From NCBI GenBank assembly GCA_043797085.1, contig JAZDQA010000008.1, positions 128,001-192,000 on the forward strand: a DNA stretch of 64,000 bases. Reading direction: 5' to 3'. The DNA comes from Pseudomonadota bacterium. Its GTDB lineage: Bacteria > Campylobacterota > Campylobacteria > Campylobacterales > Sulfurimonadaceae. The position numbers were made by a program, and so were the translations under genes. Shown here piece after piece: positions 32,877 through 42,417 of this stretch. Position 1 is the first letter of the stretch. Each line of letters starts with the position of its first letter. The notes under the pieces were generated by a model. It was not told the DNA's origin, searched no databases, and was given only the letters and a program-made list of their open reading frames with translations.

Positions 32877-33470
32877 TCAATCCTTCGCACTGAATTTAGT
32901 CAAAATTGTATCCGCTAATCCAAACTCGATCGCTTCATGGGCTTCCATGTAGTTGTCACGGTCGGACTCTTTTTCGATGATTTTGGCACTTTTACCGGTT
33001 GCCTCGGCTAAGATGGCATACAAACGACGTTTGAGATTGAGGATATGTTTCGTATGAATCTCGATGTCGCTCGCCTGACCCGAATACCCGCCCAGTGGTT
33101 GATGAATCATCACTTCGGCATTAGGGAGCATATAACGATGCCCTTTTTCCCCGCAGGTAAACAGTACCGCCGCCATTGATGCAACCATTCCCATGGCGTA
33201 GGTATGCACGGGGGCATTGATTAAGTTCATAGTATCTAATATGGCTAATCCGCTCATCACTGAACCACCCGGTGAACTGATGTAAACATGAATCGGCTCT
33301 TCGGAATCCATAGCTTCCAAATAAAGCAGTTGAGAGACGACAATCCCCATCATGTGATCATCAATCGCTTCAGTGATAACGATGACACGATCGCCTAAAA
33401 GTTTGGAAAACAAATCGAAATATCGCTCTCCGCGAGGCGAAACATCTTTAACAGTTGGTAAATATGGCAT
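32877..33470 (-). CDS. clpP: ClpP peptidase (nif-associated copy)
   Basis: SPGGSV, ASMAA (Ser), IHQP (His), DRDNY (Asp). Confidence 0.92.
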   Translation of the reverse strand: MPYLPTVKDVSPRGERYFDLFSKLLGDRVIVITEAIDDHMMGIVVSQLLYLEAMDSEEPIHVYISSPGGSVMSGLAILDTMNLINAPVHTYAMGMVASMAAVLFTCGEKGHRYMLPNAEVMIHQPLGGYSGQASDIEIHTKHILNLKRRLYAILAEATGKSAKIIEKESDRDNYMEAHEAIEFGLADTILTKFSAKD

Positions 33471-33482
33471 CTTAAGCTCCTT

Positions 33483-34313
33483 TTATACAAATGCTTGAAT
33501 AAATTCTTGAAGTGACATAGGGATCACTTCAATATTGTGTTTCTCGATAAACTTTTTCTCTTTTTTCCCCAGCTCTTGATCGGTGATGACGTATCCCCCC
33601 TCCAAATCAAAGCTAAGCTCATTGGCAACCATCCGATCGGTATCGTGACCGAAGGATGTCCCTAAAAAGAGATATTTTTTCGCTTTACGGTAGGTTTTGA
33701 GTACCTTCGGCACGGCAAATCCACCCATCGCTTCGGTAAGCCAATCGACGTAATCGGCATCGGAGATGACAAAGGTCGGATTAGGAAGCGGTGATCCCAT
33801 CGGTTTAAAGAGGATTTTTTCGGCATTATCCAGTACCTCGTCATCTACGAGAAAATACTTTTGATTTTCAACATCGTACTCATACGTTTCATAGCGATTT
33901 AGATCACCCATGATACGTGATTTTCCGATGATGAGACAGTGCGGTGTAAATGCGAGAAGCTCTTGAAGCTTCGTGTCGCGGTTGGTATCAACGATGTAGC
34001 GAGGAAGCATATCGACTATCGCTTTGTGCAACGGTGTCGGGTCAAACGGCTTGGTATAAATATGATTGATAAGCTGTGTCATATACTCCACACCGCGACG
34101 CTGTTCCAAATGCATCGCCGCACGTGAGTACTCAAACATGAGGCGTGGTGCCATAGCCCGCCCGCCATTCATCGCCAAAATCAGCGAATCACTGTCATGA
34201 GGAACCGCTTCACCCTCTTTGGTCATGATTCCCTCAAATACACCTAATCCGAAGTAGGGAATGGTGGTCTGATTGCGTAACTCTTTTTTGATTGTTTCGA
34301 TTTGTGTATCCAT
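33483..34313 (-). CDS. SIR2-like (SIR2_2) domain protein
   Basis: PYFGLG, DTNRD, KPMGS, SDADY, YLFLG pattern; family known near nif genes. Confidence 0.7.
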   Translation of the reverse strand: MDTQIETIKKELRNQTTIPYFGLGVFEGIMTKEGEAVPHDSDSLILAMNGGRAMAPRLMFEYSRAAMHLEQRRGVEYMTQLINHIYTKPFDPTPLHKAIVDMLPRYIVDTNRDTKLQELLAFTPHCLIIGKSRIMGDLNRYETYEYDVENQKYFLVDDEVLDNAEKILFKPMGSPLPNPTFVISDADYVDWLTEAMGGFAVPKVLKTYRKAKKYLFLGTSFGHDTDRMVANELSFDLEGGYVITDQELGKKEKKFIEKHNIEVIPMSLQEFIQAFV

Positions 34314-34344
34314 CGTGATCCCTTTTGGAACTTTGAATGGAATA

Positions 34345-34361
34345 TTGCATTTTGCGTTCTT
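34345..34361 (-). promoter_or_regulatory. Candidate nif-type -24/-12-like promoter (AAGAACGCAAAATGCAA)
   Basis: About 32 nt upstream of ATG 34313. Confidence 0.65.
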
Positions 34362-34443
34362 GTTGGAAATAGGAGTAAAATTATCTTATTTTGTAGGATT
34401 TTGGAGAGAATGGGGTGATAAGGGACAAAAATGTCACCTCTAC

Positions 34444-34950
34444 TTACCCGTGACACCCTTTGCCTGTATAACAGCTATTGGCAGCGACGATCTTTGCAAG
34501 TGCTTTGTCAATACTAAATGGAGCGTTTAGATCACTTAGTATTTCATGGTAGAAGACTGCTCCATCTTTGGAGATAATAAATAGCGATTTGGCAAGTTCT
34601 TTGCTAGAAAGTCGAACACCGTAATAATCCCCGTATGCCTCATCATAATCATATCCGCTTAACCACTCTTGGAGTGTTGGCAATTCATGTTGGTCATTTG
34701 CGACGATGAGCGCTTTGGTAATTCCTCCCAGTGCATTGAGCGAGAGAAGCGTATCCACCTCAGTTAACTGAGAAATGAGTGCTTCATCGATAAATGCTGT
34801 ACTAATAAGGAGTTGTGTAAATCCGTTTTGCCCTCCGATGGTAAATGTCTCATCCTTGTGATTTTTAAGGCTCACTTTTTCAGAGGCATAACCGACATCG
34901 AGAGGCATATCTTCAAGATACAGCGTGGATGTGTTGTAATTTATCTGCAA
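34444..34950 (-). CDS. Thiol-peroxidase (Tpx)-like protein lacking the peroxidatic Cys
   Basis: LDVG.., YGDYYGV..LAKSLFIISKDG.V.YHEI pattern; TTG start with AGGAG. Confidence 0.6.
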   Translation of the reverse strand: MQINYNTSTLYLEDMPLDVGYASEKVSLKNHKDETFTIGGQNGFTQLLISTAFIDEALISQLTEVDTLLSLNALGGITKALIVANDQHELPTLQEWLSGYDYDEAYGDYYGVRLSSKELAKSLFIISKDGAVFYHEILSDLNAPFSIDKALAKIVAANSCYTGKGCHG

Positions 34951-35356
34951 TTTCGACTCCTATAATAAAATGGTTCATTGCTTCGTGTATCGTTTTCATA
35001 AAGGGAGGAATCTTATGAATTTTTATCCCGACGTTGCGCATCGCATAAAAGGTATTGAGACAATATTGACCTGTGATGAGATAGTCGCATTTGCCGATGA
35101 CTTCCAAAAGTGCGTAATGCTCACTGATGTGGTGAGGATCGAGGCTCTTATCTGTGTCGCAGCTGCTTTCTTTCATCTTTGGATCACACACCATCTCCCC
35201 ATCGCATTTCTTCCAAGGGTTAAGTTTGGACCCAATATGCCGATAGCGAATGTCGTTACGTTCTCCGGTAAGCTCATACAGTGCGAACATTATTGCGCTA
35301 CACGGATTGTAGTGGTAGACACGCTTGAATGCATCTATCGGTATAGCAACGATCAT
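34913..35356 (-). CDS. NifB/NifX-family (dinitrogenase FeMo-co-binding-like) protein
   Basis: MIVAIP start after AAGGAG; ..IGKCDYLI..C..AMRNVGIKI pattern; Cys/His-rich. Confidence 0.5.
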   Translation of the reverse strand: MIVAIPIDAFKRVYHYNPCSAIMFALYELTGERNDIRYRHIGSKLNPWKKCDGEMVCDPKMKESSCDTDKSLDPHHISEHYALLEVIGKCDYLITGQYCLNTFYAMRNVGIKIHKIPPFMKTIHEAMNHFIIGVEIADKLQHIHAVS

Positions 35357-35383
35357 TGTCAGCTCCTTATATTGACTAGATTT

Positions 35384-35400
35384 ATGCAATTTTTATTCTT
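35384..35400 (-). promoter_or_regulatory. Candidate nif-type -24/-12-like promoter (AAGAATAAAAATTGCAT)
   Basis: About 28 nt upstream of corrected start 35356. Confidence 0.65.
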
Positions 35401-35496
35401 GCTTTCATTATGTATAGGGTTTAAAAAGAAGACAACGGCTTTGTTTGGATAAATACAAAATTGTCACGATTGCACTCCGATTTCTTCATAATCGAT

Positions 35497-35513
35497 AAGA
35501 ACGCTATTTGCAT
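35497..35513 (+). promoter_or_regulatory. Candidate nif-type -24/-12-like promoter of nifB (AAGAACGCTATTTGCAT)
   Basis: GAAC-N5-TTGCAT upstream of nifB. Confidence 0.7.
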
Positions 35514-35586
35514 AACTGGATTTCAGATAATGATTGGCACCGGATGAGGCAAGATCATTGAAAAATGATAATAACAAGGAGATACT

Positions 35587-37002
35587 ATGAGCTGTTCATC
35601 AACTGGAACTGAAGCTTTTATGCCCGATGATATTAAGGAAAAGATCCACAATCATCCATGCTATTCTGAGGGTGCCCACCACCACTATGCCCGTATTCAC
35701 GTAGCGGTTGCCCCTGCGTGCAATATCCAATGCAATTATTGTAACCGTAAATACGACTGTTCGAACGAGTCACGTCCGGGTGTAACCTCTGAGCGCCTCT
35801 CGCCTGTGGAAGCCGCGAAGAAAGTCATGTTCGTCGGCGGAGAAGTACAACGTATGAGCGTACTTGGGATTGCAGGTCCCGGCGATGCGTTGGCGAATCC
35901 TAAAAAGACGTTTGAGACGTTTGGAATGGTGCGTGAGTTTGCTCCGGATCTTAAACTGTGTCTCTCTACAAACGGATTGGAATTGCCTAATTTTATCGAT
36001 GAAATGGTCGAATACAATATCGATCATATCACCGTCACCATTAACAGCGTTGATGAGACGGGAGAGATCGGAAGTTTGATTTATCCGTGGATTTTCCATA
36101 ATAACAAGCGTATTTATGGAAAAGAAGCCGCACAAATCCTCCTTGAAAATCAGCTTGAGGGGATGCGTAAATGTGTCGAAAAAGGGATTTTGATCAAAGC
36201 CAATTCCGTTTTGATCCCAGGTATTAACGATCAGCATCTACCGGAAGTATCCCGCAAACTCAAAGAGATCGGCGTGTTTTTGCACAACATTATGCCTATT
36301 CTTTCCGAGCCTGAGTTCGGAACCAAATTTGCCCTCGATGGCGTTCCTAGTGCGACCGATCAAGAGCAAATGGCAGCTCAAGAAGCATGCGGTCATGATA
36401 TGAAACTCATGCAGCACTGCCGTCAGTGCCGTGCGGATGCCGTAGGGCTTATCGGTGAAGACCGTGGCGGAGAGTTTACGAAAGATACGTTTGCAGGGCT
36501 TAGTTTCGATGAGCTACAAATCAAATACGATCTCGAAGCGCGTCAAGAAGCACAAGCGAAGATCGAAGAATTCCGATTCTTCCTTGATCGTGCAAATGAC
36601 CGTGTTCGAAAAGAAAAAGAAGAACTCAGCTCCAACGGTGTGACAATCCTCGTTGCGGTTACGACTGCGGGCGAGGGGATGATTAACATGCACTTCGGAA
36701 GCGTTAAAGAGTTCTTGATTTACGAAGCAGGGGACAAAGGTATACGATTTATCCATCATCGTAAAGTCGATGCAGAATATTGTGCAGGTCCAGACGGTAC
36801 TAATCCGCTCGCTCCGATTTTAGAGAAACTCAAAGACGTACAGATGGTTCTGACTGCAAAAATCGGCGGATGCCCGCAAGATGATCTAAAAGCAGCCGGA
36901 ATTGTGGCAGATCAAAGCTATGCGTATGAGCCGATTGAGATTTCGGTACTGAAAGCATCACGCAAATATTTCGGTGTGGATGAAAACGCGGAAGTGAATT
37001 AA
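35587..37002 (+). CDS. nifB: NifB radical SAM with C-terminal NifX-like domain
   Basis: HPC, CNIQCNYC, ESRPG, AGPGD, TVTIN, CRQCRADA, HFG. Confidence 0.97.
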   Translation: MSCSSTGTEAFMPDDIKEKIHNHPCYSEGAHHHYARIHVAVAPACNIQCNYCNRKYDCSNESRPGVTSERLSPVEAAKKVMFVGGEVQRMSVLGIAGPGDALANPKKTFETFGMVREFAPDLKLCLSTNGLELPNFIDEMVEYNIDHITVTINSVDETGEIGSLIYPWIFHNNKRIYGKEAAQILLENQLEGMRKCVEKGILIKANSVLIPGINDQHLPEVSRKLKEIGVFLHNIMPILSEPEFGTKFALDGVPSATDQEQMAAQEACGHDMKLMQHCRQCRADAVGLIGEDRGGEFTKDTFAGLSFDELQIKYDLEARQEAQAKIEEFRFFLDRANDRVRKEKEELSSNGVTILVAVTTAGEGMINMHFGSVKEFLIYEAGDKGIRFIHHRKVDAEYCAGPDGTNPLAPILEKLKDVQMVLTAKIGGCPQDDLKAAGIVADQSYAYEPIEISVLKASRKYFGVDENAEVN

Positions 37003-37006
37003 TACC

Positions 37007-38122
37007 ATGGCACTCATAAATGACACTACTTTGCGCGACGGAGAGCAAGCTGCTTACGTCGCATTCAATACCGAGGAAAAAATCCGCATCGCAACATTGC
37101 TGGATGCATGCGGAGCGGATGAACTCGAAATTGGTATTGCGGCAATGGGTGTCAAAGAACGCGAGGATATAAAAACGCTTCTTTCTCTGGGTTTGAGAGC
37201 GCGAATGATGACGTGGAATCGGATGAAGATGGAGGATCTTGATGCATCGCTTTCTTGCGGTGTGCAAGCGGTTGATTTATCGATTCCCATTTCGGATCTT
37301 TTGATCGATGTCAAATTCGGCGGAAGTAAAATAAAAGTATTGCACGAACTCGAACGTGTCGTTACGGCTGCCACTCGCGAAGGACTGTTTGTCTGTATTG
37401 GCGGCGAAGACAGTTCACGGGGCAGTTTTGAATTTATCAAAGATGTGATGGAACTTTCCCGTGAATGCGGAGCACAGCGTTTCCGCTATTGCGATACGAT
37501 CGGTATTATGACACCTACACAAACGTATAAAGCGGTCAAGTCACTGACGGATTTAAATCTCCTCCCGATAGAAATGCACACGCACAACGATTTTGGACTC
37601 GCCAACGCCAATGCCCTCAGCGGCATCGACGCAGGGGCAATCAGTATGAACACGACGGTCATGGGTTTAGGCGAGAGGGCGGGTAATGCTTCATTTGAAC
37701 AGATTCTCATGGCATTGAAACATCTTTACGGCGAGGCACGCCCCATTGACCCTCTCTTGATACGAAATCTGGTTGGAACGGTAGCAAGTGCCGCTAACAT
37801 GACACTTGCACCCAATGCCCCTATCGTGGGAGAACATATCTTCGCCCACGAGAGTGGCATTCATGCAAGCGGTATGATGAAAGACTCCCATGCGTATGAA
37901 CCGTATTCAGCATGTGAAGTAGGATTGGAAAGTTCGTATCCTATCGGTAAACACTCTGGAAGTGCAACGATCCGCTACCATCTCAAACGGATGGGAATCA
38001 GTGCGGATAACAGCATCTTAAGTGATCTTCTCCCAAAAATCCGAGAGATCGTTACTTCACGTAAGCGGGTATTGGATGTATTCGAACTTAAATCTCTCTA
38101 TCAGGATGCAGCATGTATATAG
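37007..38122 (+). CDS. nifV: Homocitrate synthase
   Basis: DTTLRDGEQ, HTHNDFG, GERAGNA, FAHESGIH, GKHSG; follows nifB. Confidence 0.93.
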   Translation: MALINDTTLRDGEQAAYVAFNTEEKIRIATLLDACGADELEIGIAAMGVKEREDIKTLLSLGLRARMMTWNRMKMEDLDASLSCGVQAVDLSIPISDLLIDVKFGGSKIKVLHELERVVTAATREGLFVCIGGEDSSRGSFEFIKDVMELSRECGAQRFRYCDTIGIMTPTQTYKAVKSLTDLNLLPIEMHTHNDFGLANANALSGIDAGAISMNTTVMGLGERAGNASFEQILMALKHLYGEARPIDPLLIRNLVGTVASAANMTLAPNAPIVGEHIFAHESGIHASGMMKDSHAYEPYSACEVGLESSYPIGKHSGSATIRYHLKRMGISADNSILSDLLPKIREIVTSRKRVLDVFELKSLYQDAACI

Positions 38123-38940
38123 GGTGGTTAAAGTTTGTTGATGTTCCTGAATTGATTAAAATTTCCGAAGAGACGGGCTGGCTGCTGGATGGTTATCATG
38201 TCAAACTCATGATGATGCATGCCCCGCATTTGTGTTATGGAGCATACGATGAGGGGGTTCTTGTCGGTGCTGTGATGGCAATCGAGTTTGAATCCTCCGC
38301 AATGATAAAATATTTCATGGTTAAACCCACACATCAAAAGCAGGGGATCGGACGGCGGCTTTTTAATACCCTCTTTGGTGTTTTAAAAGAAGAACACCCA
38401 TCGCTGTATTTGCACGCCAATCCGCATCTTCAAACTTTTTTCGAGCAGAGCGGTTTTAAAGCGGTTATGGAAGTAGGGCGATATCTGAATGTCGGCAAAG
38501 TCCCTCCGTTTAGTTTTACCAATGCACAAGCCAAAGAGCTTGACGGCGGAAACTTCGACGCGATGATTCGCAAAATTGATTTTGAGACGTTCGGTGAAGA
38601 TCGGATGGGCTTTATGCTCGATGAGATGGAACGTAACAGTTCGCTGAAATTTGCTCTTCCAAACTCGTTTCAGCACTCAAGCGTTATCAATGCGCGCGGA
38701 GTTTATCTGGGACCATGGCAATGCCGTGAGGGGTTTGAAGAGGAAGCGGAAAAAATGATGCAGGGAGTTTTGTATTTTAGAGGATTAAAGAAAGTCCTCT
38801 CCGATATTCCAATGGGAAATACAAAAGCCGTTGCATTGTACGAGAAATACCACTTTCAACAAAAAGGGACGTTTATCCACATGTCGTATGGTGAAGCTCA
38901 TGCTGTCAAATTTGAAAATATCTACGCATTTTCACTTTAA
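38113..38940 (+). CDS. Tandem GNAT acetyltransferase
   Basis: HQKQGIGRRLF motif A; N..AVALYEKYHF. Confidence 0.75.
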   Translation: MYIGWLKFVDVPELIKISEETGWLLDGYHVKLMMMHAPHLCYGAYDEGVLVGAVMAIEFESSAMIKYFMVKPTHQKQGIGRRLFNTLFGVLKEEHPSLYLHANPHLQTFFEQSGFKAVMEVGRYLNVGKVPPFSFTNAQAKELDGGNFDAMIRKIDFETFGEDRMGFMLDEMERNSSLKFALPNSFQHSSVINARGVYLGPWQCREGFEEEAEKMMQGVLYFRGLKKVLSDIPMGNTKAVALYEKYHFQQKGTFIHMSYGEAHAVKFENIYAFSL

Positions 38941-38942
38941 TT

Positions 38943-39019
38943 TGAACGAGGCAGGAGTAAAACCCCTGCCTCTACGCTTGCCGCTATGGCACTAAAGCTT
39001 GCCCCTTTGGGGGCAGAAT
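38943..39019. repeat. 77-nt composite GTAG-REP-like repeat, copy C
   Basis: Same scaffold and length as 110-186 but palindrome aggcagg-agtaaaacc-cctgcct. Confidence 0.8.
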
Positions 39020-39037
39020 TTTTGAAAGGATTATTCC

Positions 39038-39262
39038 ATGAACCTGCTTGAAAGCTGTGTGAATGAAAAATGCAAAGTCCTTTCTATAGATTTGAGTGAT
39101 GATCTAAAGCGACATCTTTGTGATATGGGACTGTGTGCGAATGCTACCGTGTGCGTTAAACGGTATGGTTTGTTCAAAAGCAGTGTCCAAGTCCAAATTG
39201 GTCAGAGATTGATTGCACTGGGAAAAAATCAAGCCCGAAACATTGAGATACGTGTAGCCTAA
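39038..39262 (+). CDS. feoA: FeoA-family protein
   Basis: RHLCDMGL...IALGKNQARNIEI. Confidence 0.75.
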   Translation: MNLLESCVNEKCKVLSIDLSDDLKRHLCDMGLCANATVCVKRYGLFKSSVQVQIGQRLIALGKNQARNIEIRVA

Positions 39263-39299
39263 CTTTAGGCGTATAAAATTAAATAAAAAGGGAACGATT

Positions 39300-39497
39300 A
39301 TGTCTGAAATGACCGAAGTAGAACACAAAAAAGAGTTGGCAAAGCTCAAACGTTTGGCGATTGAAGTTGCCTCTGAAATTCACGATATTGTTGAAGACAC
39401 GGTTTGGAGTAATCACGTGAAAATGCCTGAACTGGCTGAAAAACTCTACATTGCCGTCGAAAAAGCAAATGCGTATAAAGCAGAGCACTCTCTGTAA
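39300..39497 (+). CDS. CCE_0567/DUF683 (Rop-like) nif-associated metalloprotein
   Basis: LAKLKRLA..ASEIHDIVED..W. Confidence 0.7.
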   Translation: MSEMTEVEHKKELAKLKRLAIEVASEIHDIVEDTVWSNHVKMPELAEKLYIAVEKANAYKAEHSL

Positions 39498-39508
39498 AGG
39501 AGGCTCGT

Positions 39509-39787
39509 ATGCCTACCAAAGAAGAAATCTTAGCCCACGAAATCTGTGAATGCGGCGGCAAGAGTGTTGCCGATGCTATCAAAATATTTCAAGATACCTC
39601 CCTTCCTTATAAAAAAGCCAAAAAACTCGTTACCGAGTGTGACAAGAGCTGCTGCCGTGCTGCACTTCTACGAATATTTGATATGGCGTATACGGGTAAA
39701 TTTGATTACGATGAGATCGATCGACTCATTCAATTACGCAACGATAAACTGGGCGAAATACTCGAGAGGATGAAAAGTGGGCGCTGA
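39509..39787 (+). CDS. Small Cys-rich BFD-like putative [2Fe-2S] protein
   Basis: ICEC...CDKSCC spacing. Confidence 0.5.
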   Translation: MPTKEEILAHEICECGGKSVADAIKIFQDTSLPYKKAKKLVTECDKSCCRAALLRIFDMAYTGKFDYDEIDRLIQLRNDKLGEILERMKSGR

Positions 39788-40238
39788 AATAACCATTCGA
39801 GACGCTCATTATGATGATGTTGGCGTAATGGCTGCTTTGTTGGTAGAGTTGTTTCTTATAGAAGACGATTTTAGCATTGACATTGAGAAACAAATACAGG
39901 GGTTAGAACTCTTACTCGAAACCCAAAACTGCCTTGTTTTGGTTGCTGAAATTTCCGGACAAGTGATAGGAATGATTTCCATGCAAGGTCTTGTTTCTAC
40001 TGCGATGGGTGAACGTGTAGGTTTAATCGAAGACATGATCGTATCGCATGAGTTTCGCGGTATCGGAGTTGGTCGATTACTTCTTGGTTCTATGCTTGAA
40101 CATGCAAATAGTCTTGGGTATGGACGTATTGCATTGGGAGCGGATAGACGAAATGAACGAGCTATTAATTTTTATTCTAAGTTTGGATTTGAGACGAGCA
40201 ATATGGGGTTGATGTATTATCTACCCCGTGCTCCATAA
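39777..40238 (+). CDS. GNAT acetyltransferase
   Basis: FRGIGVGRLLL, NERAINFYSKFGF. Confidence 0.85.
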   Translation: MGAEITIRDAHYDDVGVMAALLVELFLIEDDFSIDIEKQIQGLELLLETQNCLVLVAEISGQVIGMISMQGLVSTAMGERVGLIEDMIVSHEFRGIGVGRLLLGSMLEHANSLGYGRIALGADRRNERAINFYSKFGFETSNMGLMYYLPRAP

Positions 40239-40774
40239 TGATAAGCGCCTTTATCTTCGAAAACCTCTTTGATTTCTAATACAACAGGTGTTGATTTCTC
40301 TTGCTGGGTAAAATGGCTTAATTCGTCAAATTTCTCATCCGATAAACTCATCAGCTGTGCTTCAAAAATACGGAGTTTTTGTTTTAGTTTATCTGAGAGC
40401 TGGACAATCTCTTCATAATAGCGTTGAGAGAATTCGATTTCATGGGAACTTGCACGCGTTTTCCCCCCTAAAAATTCACTCAGAAGATTACGTTTTCTAT
40501 TTCCATAATAGATAGGATAAATTTTCGTGTATTTATCATGTAACTCCATTAAGAGAGTTTCAATATCTTCGAGTGCTAATTGACTTGTTCCTAAGCTAAA
40601 AAGCATTGCTTCATTGTAATACCATACTCCAAATTGTGAATGGGTTGCATCCAGCGTGATTTGTTTCTCATCGACATCAATACCGGAAACCAGCAGTTTG
40701 ATTGCGTTGACCCAGCGTATATGTGCGGTTCTGGCTTGATGCATGTTATGGATAAATTTTTCTTTATTGGTCAT
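40217..40774 (-). CDS. CZB-like domain protein
   Basis: AHIRWV, SQFGVWY, ELHDKY. Confidence 0.6.
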   Translation of the reverse strand: MTNKEKFIHNMHQARTAHIRWVNAIKLLVSGIDVDEKQITLDATHSQFGVWYYNEAMLFSLGTSQLALEDIETLLMELHDKYTKIYPIYYGNRKRNLLSEFLGGKTRASSHEIEFSQRYYEEIVQLSDKLKQKLRIFEAQLMSLSDEKFDELSHFTQQEKSTPVVLEIKEVFEDKGAYHYGARGR

Positions 40775-40975
40775 AGCAGCCCCTTTTTTACGGAAGTTTA
40801 ACCATTTAGGATGATTTATTCGCAGATAGACAGTTTAATTTTTAATCAGTTGATAAATATTGGGTGAGAAATGTCGTAATTTTAACGAAGCTGACCCCTG
40901 CAACTCATATTCCTACAATTTTGTTTCATTGTCGTAACTTTGTAACGGTTGTTTTGCTAAATGTCCAAAAAACCG

Positions 40976-40992
40976 TAGAACACCCTTTGCAT
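40976..40992 (+). promoter_or_regulatory. Candidate nif-type -24/-12-like promoter of nifH (TAGAACACCCTTTGCAT)
   Basis: GAAC-N5-TTGCAT 34 nt upstream of ATG. Confidence 0.7.
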
Positions 40993-41017
40993 CTATCTGG
41001 ATGAAGTTCAAAAATAA

Positions 41018-41941
<924 letters not shown>

Positions 41942-41950
41942 GTAAAACGG

Positions 41951-41966
41951 TTCCTCTTTTGAGGAA
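41951..41966 (+). other. Hairpin after nifH (TTCCTC-TTTT-GAGGAA), possible transcript-stabilising or attenuating stem
   Basis: Perfect 6-bp stem, no U tract. Confidence 0.45.
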
Positions 41967-42043
41967 TCTTCAATGGCTGTCATGTAAATGACCAATAACA
42001 TCTTGTTAATAATGAAAAGAAAACAACAGAAAAAGGAGATTAG

Positions 42044-42403
42044 ATGTTTGTATTAGGTTTTCACTTCCCAGCTTCAATGGGGAATCAAGTTCCAGACGAA
42101 TTAGTTGCAGAAAAAATTGCCGATGTTGATATCAGTGACGTTAAAGAGATCAAACTTTTGATGGGTACTAAAGAGAGAGATAAAGAGTGGTTGAGCTACA
42201 CGAACAAAGATACGTTCTTGTTCCGTGCAATGGTTCATTACTTCAAAGAAGAGAACCCAGATAGTATTCAAAAATACATGATCTACATGAACCGTTACCA
42301 AATGTCTGCTATCTCTAAACGTGTTGATGCAGCAGATGATGAGACAATGAAATTGTGTCATAACTTAGATTCGATGGAACAATTCCGCATCGAAATCGCG
42401 TAA
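42044..42403 (+). CDS. Unknown 119-aa protein between nifH and nifD
   Basis: Strong AAGGAG RBS, codon style like nifHDK, 14 nt from nifD. Confidence 0.85.
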   Translation: MFVLGFHFPASMGNQVPDELVAEKIADVDISDVKEIKLLMGTKERDKEWLSYTNKDTFLFRAMVHYFKEENPDSIQKYMIYMNRYQMSAISKRVDAADDETMKLCHNLDSMEQFRIEIA

Positions 42404-42417
42404 GGAAGAGGTGTACT

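Noticed and set aside
34970..35452. 160-aa plus-strand ORF and the many other short antisense or nested ORFs in the track
   Set aside because: Shadows of well-supported genes; no RBS or recognisable motifs
35536..35550. TGGCAC upstream of nifB
   Set aside because: Followed by CGGATGAGG with no TTGC at -12 spacing
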